Assembly (NCBI GenBank): GCA_964035545.1
Contig: OZ037770.1
Location: 3,442,662-3,506,661 of the forward strand
Length of the DNA: 64,000 nt
Source of the DNA: Bugula neritina
Taxonomy: Eukaryota > Animalia > Bryozoa
Reading direction: 5' to 3'
Shown here in pieces: positions 52,570 through 63,376 of this stretch (its first letter is position 1; each line of letters opens with the position of its first letter). The notes under the pieces were generated by a model. The model ran no database searches and was not told the DNA's origin. It saw only the letters and a list, made by a program, of their open reading frames with translations. A program made the position numbers and the translations under genes.

Positions 52570-55500
52570 TAATACTGTCTGGTGTAAGCCCAACATCATT
52601 TCCTTCTTTTTTGGTAAAAGAGATTCTATTAGATCCCCTTCCACCTACCAATGTTTTAGTGGGTTTAATGCCGATGTTTCATATGGCTACCTGGAGGTGT
52701 GCTCTGGTGACATTGTCCAACACAGTTGGTTTAAGGTCATACTTTTCATTTTCTGGCTCTTTGCCAGGTGCTTTATGTTCTATATGAACAATGTTCCACT
52801 GATAGCTCGAACAGGTTGAATGTCACAGGAACAAAAAAAATATGAAAAGATAAAGAAACTCATGTTCTCCAATATACTTTTTTATTTTTTTCAAAAGCCA
52901 ATTCATGTTTAAGTTATAGCTTGTTGAAAAACATAGTCCCCCTTCCACATTCTTTTCAATTTATACGCTCCTGACTTGTTATTGTGTCTCAATAATATGC
53001 CTTGTATTTGAGTGCTTGTTAGTCTCGCTTCACTAACTTTGCCTATACTTCACAAGTGCCAGTGCTGCTGGCTCAAAAGCTAAATGTTATAAACTGTCAG
53101 CTAAAACCCAATCTTGTATTCCTAGGTTGGTTGGCCTAAATAAAACAATAGTCAAATCATGATTTCATGTTTTAAAAATTTACTCTATTCTAACCTGCTG
53201 CCTAGCTAGTTCTCTTTTTGATGTATAATTACAAAATTTGTGATACATTTTTTTGGCAACCATGTGATTTATAAAATGCAGTAATGGTACTTATAATATT
53301 ATATTATTATCATTATAATATATTATATAGTATTATGTGTGTTTTTATTATACTGCATAATATCTATTTTATTATTGTTGTTGCGCAAACAAGTTCAATT
53401 AACCTAGTTTTCAAAATGTACCTCTAAATTATCAGAATATCAGTTTAGATATTTTCATGCTTTGTTAGGTAAACCTAAAAAAAGAGGCTGTATTCCCAAA
53501 GTAAAGGGTGTTGAACTATGAACTATATTAGATTAGCCACTCTGCTACCAAGTGCATCAGTATAATATTATATGAATAGCTCTGATGCTTTGTCTCCGGT
53601 GGCTGGCTGCGATATGATAACTTGGCCAACTTCCAAGAGTTTAAAATTGGCGCAATTATTCAAGAGGTTACATGCTGCACAGAGCTAGCAGTGATAGTAA
53701 CCTTGCTATTGGCAGTACTTATTACAACTGCCAGCATATAAGCTGCATTGTAGAATGCTGTTGGGGTAGGCTAGTAAAACCAAATTCTGCTCTCTAATAT
53801 ACCTAAGACACAATGCAGCAACATAATTGTTCATTTCAAATTACATTGCCACCCTTACATGAGCTGTGGGCTTCATAAAGATTCATATGATTAGAGATTT
53901 ATGCTATAGGCTAGCTATGATGAAAATAACACACCATTGTCAAAGTTAACTTCAAGTATGTTGTTTTCCAGAAACTCAGTAATGTCCATTTATCTCTCGC
54001 ATACAAATACTTATGTAATAGCATACAGTTTAAGTTTTATTTTAGAGCACATCTGCAAACTCTACAATAAGAGCTTGCTTTACCAGTCTATTTCAGACCT
54101 GTTTTTGTAGCTAGTAATACGCAAGCTACTTATTTTTAAACTTTTGGGTTATTTGTTCAAAACCATTTGCTTTGACTGCTATCAACATGAATTGACAGCC
54201 TAATAATTATAACCCATTTGCGCGCGAAATATTTATGTAATGATAGTCACTCAAATAGTGCACGTTTTAGAAGCATGACTGCGTGGTCCAGAGGTTAGAG
54301 GCGTCAGCGACGAGTTGGTTGGTCATGGTTCAACCCTGTTTTGTTGCAATTTTTTTTGTCAACTTATGCAAATCCTACGCATGTATAATAAATATGGCTA
54401 TAATTGTAAAGTTTTTTTTTTAACTTTTGTTCAACAGTAAGACAACATACATGCATAATAATTAGATACTGAACACTAGACTAAACCTTAAATTGATCTT
54501 ATAGAATACAATGTACTTAAAATAATCATATGTGAATTAGAGAAACTGAAAGTATACACCTGCTGCGCTATAGACAGACCTTTACTGACAAGACTGCAAA
54601 GTGAAGTGATTTAGCTGAAATTAACTCTGCCAAACAAACAAAGAATTATGTTGTGCTGAGGCATTTTCAATATATTATTGTAACATAGTGAGATGATTCA
54701 GCTAAGTGCTAATGTAAAACAGGGAACATTATATTGGCAGAAATCCAATAGATTGCCAATTTGTGCGAGAGGGTACTATATGTTATTGTGATAGCGCAGA
54801 GCGGCAAACGTACTAGGAATGTTATAATTAGTCACAGGAGCGTAGCTAGAACCACCATATGAAGAATTTAGAAAATTGCAGTGAAACTTGCAAAATGGTG
54901 TATGTTTTTACCAAATTGTGAAGAGCATAAACAGAATTTCAAAAAACAAAGAAAGTATATTAGAGAAAACATATCAAGGAATGTCAAGTTTAACTTTTAG
55001 ACTTTATAAAATGAATCCCCTGTGCTACAGCAGTGGAACATGGAGGGTGTAAAATTTTACTTATTATGCAACAACTTTCTCAGAAATTTTTTTATTGAAA
55101 AATTAAAAAAGTATATGAAAGAGGAATGCAAGAGCTATCTTTTCATGTAAAATTTGTTAATGTGAGACAAAAACTGTTCGAGCTATCCCCTGGAAACCGT
55201 TTATATATAACATAAAGCAGTGCATGAATCTGGAAAGTAATGACCTTAAACTAACTGTGAATAGCTTCATCTGTACATAAATTAAAGGCACATCGTAAAC
55301 AGCATTGCTGACCTTAGTTTTCTAAGCCTTTTGTTTTGTAGATGTCATGGAGGAGCACTTTGCATAAGCGTAGCAACATAGCATAACTGTGGTAGCTTGT
55401 ATAAATATTCATCCTGAAAAGAAGCCTTAGTGTAACACAAAAATCACACGTTTCTTCTACCAAGACATTTAGTATGACTCCCTTTTCAATATTTTACATT

Positions 55501-57190
55501 GTTGCCACTGTATCAAACTTTGATGAGAGGCCATGGACCGGCAGCAAATTGTTCATTATAGGGATTTGTCTCGGACTTTCTCACCTAGTACGCTGTGGTC
55601 TAGGATGGGTGGCGGTTTTTCAGGGCACCAAGTGCTATCAGAGAGTGTCATCTGATTCTGTTATCAACATCTTCGTCTAAGAGGCCACATTTCAGTATGT
55701 CGTCTTTCACTGTATCCATTAACCTTTTCTTTGGCCTCCCTCTTTTTCTCTGTATCTTCATCTCAGCCACCATTATAATATCTTCCTCCCTATCTCTTCT
55801 GTGCACATGTTCATACCAGTGAAGAGGTCTCCTCCTCATGCCTATTGTGATGGCTTTTACTTTGGCCTCCTCTTTATATTAGCATTTGTTATATGGTCTT
55901 CCTGCTCTATATTGTAAATGTGTCAAAGCATCCTCATCTCAGTTGCACTTATCTTGTTCTCTTGTGGACATGTCTGATATTCATACATCAGTGTAGTTTC
56001 TATCGCCCTCTTGTATAACAGAACCTTCAGCTTGGTGGACATTTTTTTAACTTCTTGTCGCGAACTGTTCTGAAAACTCATTTTTCACAGATTTTTTTGA
56101 GAATTGACTTGGTCTTAGTTTTTCTTATTTTCCCTGCTTCTTTGAATGTAGAAGGTGGCAATGCTGCAAGTTTATGAGCCATTAAAGGGTCTGCATCCAA
56201 ATTCTTGGTCTGCTTGAGTGCAATGGCTTGAGCATGTGTGACTTCAGTATCATACACAAGAGTATTAGAAACTTTAATATGCCTTTGAGATGATACCATT
56301 GTCTTCACTTTAGATGACAAGGATTTATTTAACCTCTCCGACTACTTCACTTTAAATTTTTGTATAGATGCTTTACCTATAACAAAAATATTGTCAATAA
56401 TAATTGCTGAATAACTGATAACTTTCTCTGTTTCAATATTGACAAGAGCAACTGGGTGGCATCCTTCTTTGAGTGAGACATTGCAGAGTTCAATCTTCCT
56501 TTTGACAGACTCCCTGCCCTTTGAATCAAATTGGATTCTTGATTGCATCTCATCCTTATGAGTAGTGGAAGCATTTATTTCAGACTCATTTGATGTCACT
56601 GAGGCCTTACTCTATCTTGTTGCATGCAGAAGTGCTGTACCTCCACACCTTGCCAATTTCAGTTTTATTGGTGATGCCAATGATTCCCCCTTGCTGTGAC
56701 CAAATCTCACGAAGATCACCTCAATGGTCATGTCTGACCAGATGCCGTCAAGCTAGCCGCGTTTATGATGCATTGTGTGGTTACCAGCCTCGAATTCAAT
56801 TCTTACATTTTGTGGCATGACCTCCATGCTACACAGATATAAGTACATTTCCTCTTCCATTGTTAGATGTAAGGCCCAGTCTCCTTCTCTATCAGCTATG
56901 ATGTGGGTGTTGATGGTGAAAATTGGTCTGCTAAAGCACATGACCCGCAGTTTTGCTGTTTTTGAGCTCTCTGAAATCTTAGTCAACATCTTTTCAAGGT
57001 CCTCCATGCTAGTGATTACACTTTCATCAAAGACTGGCTTCAACAGCTCTCCCACCAATATTCTCAGGCCCCGTACATTCTGCGGAAACTTTTTTTATTT
57101 AGCATTTTGGAGAAACCATGCACCAAAAGTTGAATTGACTACTTTTGCCAAATCCGTTTCAACCATTGGTGTTCCAGTGCTCCCAACATA
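52570..57190 (-). pseudogene. Fragmented transposase-like gene of the TIR element
   Basis: ORF pieces 57058-56753 (REGDWALHL), 56599-56342, 56320-56078 (LAALPPSTF..G.IRK), and a C-terminal relic at ~52570-52820 (PT..N.TRAHLQVAI..LNPL); many stops and frameshifts. Confidence 0.65.
55600..56070 (-). mobile_element. RTE-like LINE 3' fragment inside the transposon
   Basis: ..KISATEMRML..RRRPLHWYEHVHRR..KRGRPKKRLMDTVKDD, a typical RTE-clade RT C-terminus. Confidence 0.7.
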
Positions 57191-58509
57191 GGTCATCGAA
57201 AGGGAGAAATTAATAGTAAGTGTTTATGAAAAGGGATTAGTATGAAAAAGGTAAGGAGCCACTGTTCTCATGAATGTATTACTTCCCCCAGCATAAAATA
57301 GATTCTCTTTCATAAAAAAACTGTTTACAAATGTTTTTAGAGAAAAAGTCAAATGTGCTGATTGTAGAAGTAGTTTTTGAAAGCAAAAATGTCAATATTT
57401 AGATAAATGATGTGTCAATAATAAAGCAATTAAATTATGTTAAGAAGCCATGGTGTTGTATTATCAAAGTTGTTCACCCTTTTTTTCCAATTTTTAAAAG
57501 TATAGCTAGAATTTTAAAACTGAAAATAACTATTAAATTAGCAACTCAGCAAACCTTTTTAATACGCATGCTATAGTTTGAAATAAATTGCTATTTAGCT
57601 CATATGACAATGACGTTGCATTTCAATTTTGCAGAACCCCTTTCAGCTTTATTTGTTGGACATATTTGTAATCAGCATATAAGATCACCCCATATAGTAA
57701 GTTTTCATGAATTTAGAACAAACTGATGCAGAGATGCAAGGAAATGATGAACATGGCAAGGCTAGGTTAAACTTTAAAAAATGAATAATTAAGGCTTAGC
57801 TTAGCTACCCTTGGGTGTCATTTGTCTATTACTCAATAATACACATGACAAAGGCACATGCATCTTTATTATATTAATTTCTAAAGATTTCAAAACATTC
57901 GAACCTTAAATTTAGCTTTGGTGGGTAGATACATTTAAATTATAAAGAATCGTCTGGTGCCTGGCGGCCATCTTGAATTTCTCAAAATGCTCAAGAGTAA
58001 GAAGTCCACACCCACCTAGAAACATTTACCTAGACCCTATATTTGAATAATCAGAAGAGAAAAAAACTTTATCCGGGATTGCGAACCTAAGTCAAAATTT
58101 GGTGTTTTTTTGCCAGACTATAAAGGTTAAATCGACTATGATTTGGAAGAAAAGATGCAATATTAAATTTTGTTTGATAAAGGCTACTAGTTAAAGTGCA
58201 ACAATTTGAACTTGGATATATATTGATAGCTGCATAGTACATATTATATAAGTATATATTGTAATATATGCATAATATGTAATTATATGCTGTAATACAT
58301 ATTATGTTTGTATTGGCTATACAAGTGTGCATATATGTATTTAAAAGGCATCTGACAGAAATTACACAAAATACTACATGCAAAAAGAAACTCTGTAATT
58401 ACTATAAGCTATACAGAAATGTTACATCAAATTAAACAAAATATAATATATATACAAATAATATAATATATACTAAATAATTTGGCTAATCTGTATTATT
58501 GAGTTTACC

Positions 58510-58582
58510 CAGCTGTGGTGTGATGGTTTAGCTCGCCTGCTTGCAAGCCGGAGGTCTGTGGTTCGAATCCCGGTATAGGGAC
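58510..58582 (+). mobile_element. tRNA-like SINE head
   Basis: GCTGTGGTGTGATGGTTTAGCTCGCCTGCTTGCAAGCCGGAGGTCTGTGGTTCGAATCCCGG; has a B-box but no paired acceptor stem. Confidence 0.6.
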
Positions 58583-58992
58583 AAATTTTTACCATATCCG
58601 AAGTTGCTGACTCCACCAGCTCTTCTGAAAGTATATATTCATGCATTGAGGTCTCTGATAAGTTGTGTATAGAGAGCTAATGTGTATTACCTCAATATAT
58701 CATTATGTATATATTATTAATCTAGCTTCAACTATACATAAGGCTCTAAAATGAAAAGCCATACAATTATGAAATTCTGATAATTATATTCTTACACAAA
58801 TCCATACTTTTTATAGATGTTAATATACTATACATAATATACTGGGGTTTTATGCCACCTACCATTGTAAATTATTTTGATATTGAGTGCATTTTCTACT
58901 TAAATAAAAATAGGAAATTGATATGCCTAAACGAATGAATTGATATTATTGGAAGATAAAACTATTACTTGAATTTTTATGCTAAAATCTAT

Positions 58993-59274
58993 CTATCTGC
59001 CTACAGTAACTGATGTAAGAAACCTGCCAACTTCATAGGCTGAGAATACAACTCCAATATAAGTCTGCGTTAAACCTGTTTTCAAGGCTACTTCTGGAAA
59101 CAGAGGATAAAGAAAAGACTCTACACCCAGTGCCCCACCCTGAAGTAACAGAACTACAGTTAATAGTCCTAGGTCTTTCCATCTCCAACCAACTCCTGAG
59201 TGTTTCTGACTTTTTAAATATTCATTTGATTTGTTTATAGTCTTCTCTGAATTTTCAACCAAGAGAGACAACTC
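58993..59274 (-). pseudogene. Isolated SLC18B1-like MFS N-terminal exon (TM1-TM2)
   Basis: LGLLTVVLLLQGGALGVESFLYPLFPEVALKTGLTQTYIGVVFSAYEVGRFLTS; no in-frame ATG and no downstream partner exons recognised. Confidence 0.6.
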
Positions 59275-60380
59275 CTGATTTGATACTTACAGTTATTTAA
59301 GACATTTATTAACTGTTTCATGTTTTATTATTATTGAAAACGGAACTAAATATATTTGGACATCAATAAGTTAGGTATCATGGTATTTTAGAAAGTGTCT
59401 AATGAAATATATATTATAATATAAATTTAAAAAATGGGCAGCAAAACTATAAACACCGTGTTTGAGACAATTCCTATAGCTCTAGGGAAGAAATCAGTTG
59501 AAGTTTGAAATTTATATACCTAACCAAGTAATTATTGTGTTTACTTTTATCTCAGGTTTCTGTAAAATTATATAAGCATTATTTCAATAAATTTCATTTC
59601 ATTAGCTTGGCTTTGCAATGCACTGCAGGTGCTAGGCAACATCTCTAGTACAGTGTTTTCACTACCCATCGGTACACTGTATGCATGACACCTATTATAT
59701 ATATATAGCCTGTCACACCTCAAGTTGCAACTCATGTTATATAACTATATATAAAGCTGTTATAACAATAATCATCTCTATGGTGATAAAAATGTAATTA
59801 TATTCAAAAGGAGTTAATTAGTTGGTAAACATTTTACCTTATTCATAAATTTATCATAGAAGTGTTAGACTATTAATTAGTTAGCTCCCTAAGAAGGTTA
59901 TAGCATGATACCGTTGGTTGCCTGCATTACATGCATGCAGCATGCTATAGATATGCAGAGTTTCATTAAAGTTTTTATTTTAGCATTATTTATATGATTA
60001 TTTGAAGTATTTCTATAATTATTTGAAGTATTTCTATGATTATTTGAAGTATTTCTATGATTATTTGAGGTATTGAAACAGATAAAAAAGCTGTGGTATT
60101 TTACAGATGTAGCGACCATTAACACTGAACGGACTAATAGATGCCGTAAAAATCAATTTATATGAAAGTCTAATTGCAGTCTTTATGTGCATGATAGCAG
60201 AATTAGCTGTACATAAGCTGTGCCATACTAAATACAGAAAAGCATAGAATATAGTTAGTGTAGCTATGAAACTCTAATTAAGTTATAATGATGCGTGCTT
60301 GTTGTTTACATATTAAAAAATTGTATCAAAAGCTTTTATTACTCATAGAATGTTCCCAAAGTAACCAAGGTTGCTGACAT

Positions 60381-60382
<2 letters not shown>

Positions 60383-60473
<91 letters not shown>
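60383..60473. repeat. (TA)n microsatellite
   Basis: Direct reading; further (TA)n runs at 60608-60633, 61376-61420 and 61987-62047. Confidence 0.95.
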
Positions 60474-60476
<3 letters not shown>

Positions 60477-60520
60477 AAATGAGTGTTTATAAAACGTTAC
60501 TAGAGTGCTCTATAGAAATA

Positions 60521-60568
60521 AATCTGACGAGTGCACATCGTTCTTGTGTACGAAACTACTAGTAATAA
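60521..60568 (+). ncRNA. Minimal hammerhead ribozyme motif, degenerate stem I
   Basis: CTGACGA-GTGCACA(TCGTTCT)TGTGTAC-GAAA-CTACTAG-TA: intact core, 7-bp stem II, short stem III, GUA site; stem I only 2 bp. Confidence 0.6.
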
Positions 60569-60602
60569 ATGCCATTATATTAATCAAATCTCATTTTATT
60601 TC

Positions 60603-60633
<31 letters not shown>

Positions 60634-60850
60634 CTCAATCTGTGGACAGCAGCTGTTTCGGGATTTGTTTTACTAAAGCATATTTAAAAGGTGTGTAAAC
60701 TCCAGCCAGAGTGCTGAAGTGACTCTATAAGGGGTCACCTAGGAGTCACGAGCATTGCAAAATGCTAGCAGCTTGAGTTTGTGACCATGGTGAGAGTGCT
60801 CAATCATTTAATGTCATTACTGAGCATCAAATGAGAGCGTAATATCTCAA

Positions 60851-60897
60851 TCTGTGGACAGCAGCTGTTTCGGGATTTGTCCCCTCATCAGCACAGA
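60851..60897 (-). ncRNA. Type I hammerhead ribozyme, complete
   Basis: Minus strand UCUGUG-CUGAUGA-GGGGACAAAUCCC-GAAA-CAGCUGCUG-UC-CACAGA: 6-bp stem I, full core, stems II and III, GUC cleavage site (cut between 60857 and 60856). Confidence 0.92.
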
Positions 60898-61121
60898 ACA
60901 GAGTACCCTGGCCCACACCTTCGCAATAGTAAAACTTATAGTTTTACTAAAGCATATTTAAAAGGTGTGTAAACTTAAGCCAGTGTGCTCAAGTGACTCT
61001 AGGGGTCACCTAGGAGTCACGAGCATTGCAAAATGCTAGCAGCTTGAGTTTGTGACCATGGTGAGAGTGCTCAATCATTTAATGTCATTACTGAGCATCA
61101 AATGAGAGCGTAATATCTCAA

Positions 61122-61168
61122 TTTGTGGACAGCAGCTGTTTCGGGATTTGTCCCCTCATCAGCACAGA
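61122..61168 (-). ncRNA. Type I hammerhead ribozyme, complete (one stem I mismatch)
   Basis: Same as 60851-60897 with 3' arm CACAAA; GUC site at 61130-61128. Confidence 0.9.
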
Positions 61169-61372
61169 ACAGAGTACCCTGGCCCACACCTTCGCAATAG
61201 TAAAACTTATAGTTTTACTGAAGCATATTTAAAAGGTGTGTAAACTCAAGCCAGAGTGCTCAAGTGACTCTATAAGGGGTCACCTAGGAGTCACGAGCAT
61301 TGCAAAATGCTAGCAGCTTGAGTTTGTGACCATGGTGAGAGTGCTCAATCATTTAATGTCATTACTGAGCAT

Positions 61373-61420
<48 letters not shown>

Positions 61421-61424
<4 letters not shown>

Positions 61425-61670
61425 GTGGGAAGATTGTTTACAGTTACATTGTGTGTCGTTTAGTTTAGTAGCGGTAGTAAGAATGTGTGCAGTTTTAAGT
61501 TTGTGTTGGTTTGAGCCATCAATAATATTTTTCATGTTGGGCATGCATGAATAACTAATTTTTGTGGTTTTCCTATTAACAATTTTACTTAGTTGGTTGG
61601 ATGGTGAAAAGCATTTGTCAATGATTTGAAGAAATTTCTTCCCTATTTTGGTTTTTACCGTTGAACTAAA
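61421..61670 (-). pseudogene. Penelope-like element ORF fragment (RT to GIY-YIG linker)
   Basis: FSSTVKTKIGKKFLQIIDKCFSPSNQLSKIVNRKTTKISYSCMPNMKNII..CNCKQSSHCL, broken by (TA)n. Confidence 0.8.
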
Positions 61671-61982
61671 CTTATTTGTGCTGTTTAGCTTTTAATAATT
61701 GAATGATAAAAATTAAATGTGAAGTTTGAAAGGCTTTGTAAGCTTTAGGAACACCACACAAGCACTTTTGTTGAGATGAATTATAATATAATACTACCAA
61801 TAGCTTTGGGCGGATTTGGTTTTGTATTATCAAACAACACAAGTACAAACTCAAGCTCGCTTAAAATATTCAAACAGCATTAGCTATTATAGACATTAAA
61901 AGTATATAGGTATAGATTATAATTTATAAGACATATTGTTATACAAATAGACAGCAAAAGCTTAAAGAGATTATTTGTTGAA

Positions 61983-62050
<68 letters not shown>

Positions 62051-62101
62051 GTAGTGTGTTCAGATTGTTAATGATACATATATATTTTTTTATTTAAAAA
62101 A

Positions 62102-62154
62102 TCTCACATGACTATATAGTTTCGTACAGTAAACTGCACTCGTCAGGTGTTAGA
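62102..62154 (-). ncRNA. Minimal hammerhead ribozyme motif with palindromic stem III
   Basis: Minus strand ACAC-CUGACGA-GUGCAG(UUUA)CUGUAC-GAAA-CUAUAUAG-UC-AUGU; core intact; C-A mismatch at the first stem I pair. Confidence 0.75.
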
Positions 62155-62224
62155 CTAAAAATAAATAAAATCTATGAAGCATACCTATTATTTAAATTTT
62201 TACATAAAGAAAACTATCATAGTC

Positions 62225-63323
62225 TCAGCGGCGGTCTCCAGATCGGCCCCGCTCTAGGCGGCTAACACGTCTCTTGAGTTGCCCCAGCTCCTCCTCATAC
62301 TTGCGAAGCTGCCGGCGTAGATGGTGTACCTCCTCTGCCAACTGGGCCGACGTCTGGTGTCTAGGGCGGACGGTGGTACCATGGGCAGGACGCCGCTGGC
62401 GGTGCGTCTGCTTCTCGCCCGCTGCCGAGGGCCGGGGATCCAGGTCCGATGAATCGGCCCTGGCGCCTGGTCCGACCCGTGCCAGCATGACCCGAAGTGG
62501 CTGGGTGGCTGCCGGTTGGGGTGTCGCGGCGGGCTCCCCTTCTTCCTCCCGAACAGGCCTACACGCGGGAAATTCCCAGGGCGAGAGCAGCCCGTTTATG
62601 GGGATCCGCCACGTGGGGCAGCACCAGGTCCCGAAATTCGGGAAAGGAGGCCTGGTCTACAGCAAACGTGTAGCCCGTGTGGCAGTGAGCTATGCGTTGA
62701 TGTCTCAACACATAGTCTCTCTGGTAGGAGAATTCCCCACACGGGCAAAACACGTTGATGTAGTGCTGTGGTGCGTGTACGCGCAACCGCCGTGCAGAGG
62801 AGAATTTCCTCTTACACTCATGGCAGATGCGGTTGCCCGGCTCACCGCAAGCTTCACCAATCTTAAGATTGGTGGGTCCAGTCACTCAATACTGGCGGGC
62901 GACCAGGGCCCGAGGCAGGGCCAGTATTGGGGAGTTATCTTCTTCTGCTGGCAGGTGATCGCCGTGTAGGATGCCCTGCTCCTCCCCGGCCGTGAGCTGA
63001 AGCTCGACCGGTTTGGGGTCAGGGCCACTAACGATGGCGGAATACACCTCTGTGGAGGAGGTGGCGGCCTGCTGGCTGTTAGAAGCCGAAGCAAGGGCCG
63101 GTGGGAAAGGGGAGTCGGACTGACTGGCCTTCTCAATGTCCATACGCTCCTCTAGAACAGATAGTAGAGGCTGTGATAAGCCGGTCTCACTATCGCCGAA
63201 ATTCGGCACAGGTGTGTATGGAGTTAAATTAAAAACCGAGGGCCGAGGTGTATCGCAGAAATTGACTGAGCCTACGTCATGATTTAACAAAGTATCAATG
63301 GCAGAGTCATCTCCAAGATCCAT
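62225..63323 (-). pseudogene. Disrupted homologue of the gypsy zinc-finger/coiled-coil accessory ORF
   Basis: CHECKRKFSSARRLRVHAPQHYINVFCPCGEFSYQRDYVLRHQR aligns with 23123-24211. In-frame TGA at 62888-62886, +1 frameshift at ~62572, C-terminal LAEEVHHLRRQLRKYEEELGQLKRRVSRLE. Confidence 0.85.
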
Positions 63324-63376
63324 CTCGGTTCAAAGAAATCAGAACCAAGTAAGTCTAATAAAGACCAGTCTACTTT

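Larger units (their letters stand above)
51449..58120 (-). mobile_element. Decayed ~6.7-kb DNA transposon with ~150-bp TIRs
   Basis: TAGTCTGGCA..TTAGGTTCGCAATC..CAAGATGGCCGCC (51449-51596) is inverted at 57963-58120; TAA on both flanks; broken internal coding fragments. Confidence 0.85.
60632..61376 (-). mobile_element. ~274-bp tandem repeat array (~3 units) carrying hammerhead ribozymes; retrozyme / Penelope pseudo-LTR-like
   Basis: Units restart at TATCTCAAT(C/T)TGTGGACAGCAGCTGTTTCGGG near 60631, 60843 and 61114; bounded by (TA)n on both sides; the first unit has a ~62-bp deletion. Confidence 0.9.

Noticed and set aside
58510-58582. Genuine tRNA gene
   Set aside because: Acceptor stem does not pair and degenerate copies occur elsewhere; treated as a SINE head.
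60640-60668. Third array hammerhead as an active ribozyme
   Set aside because: A ~62-bp deletion removes CUGAUGA and the 5' strand of stem I.
62274-62969. 231-aa plus-strand ORF
   Set aside because: Antisense shadow of the zinc-finger pseudogene.
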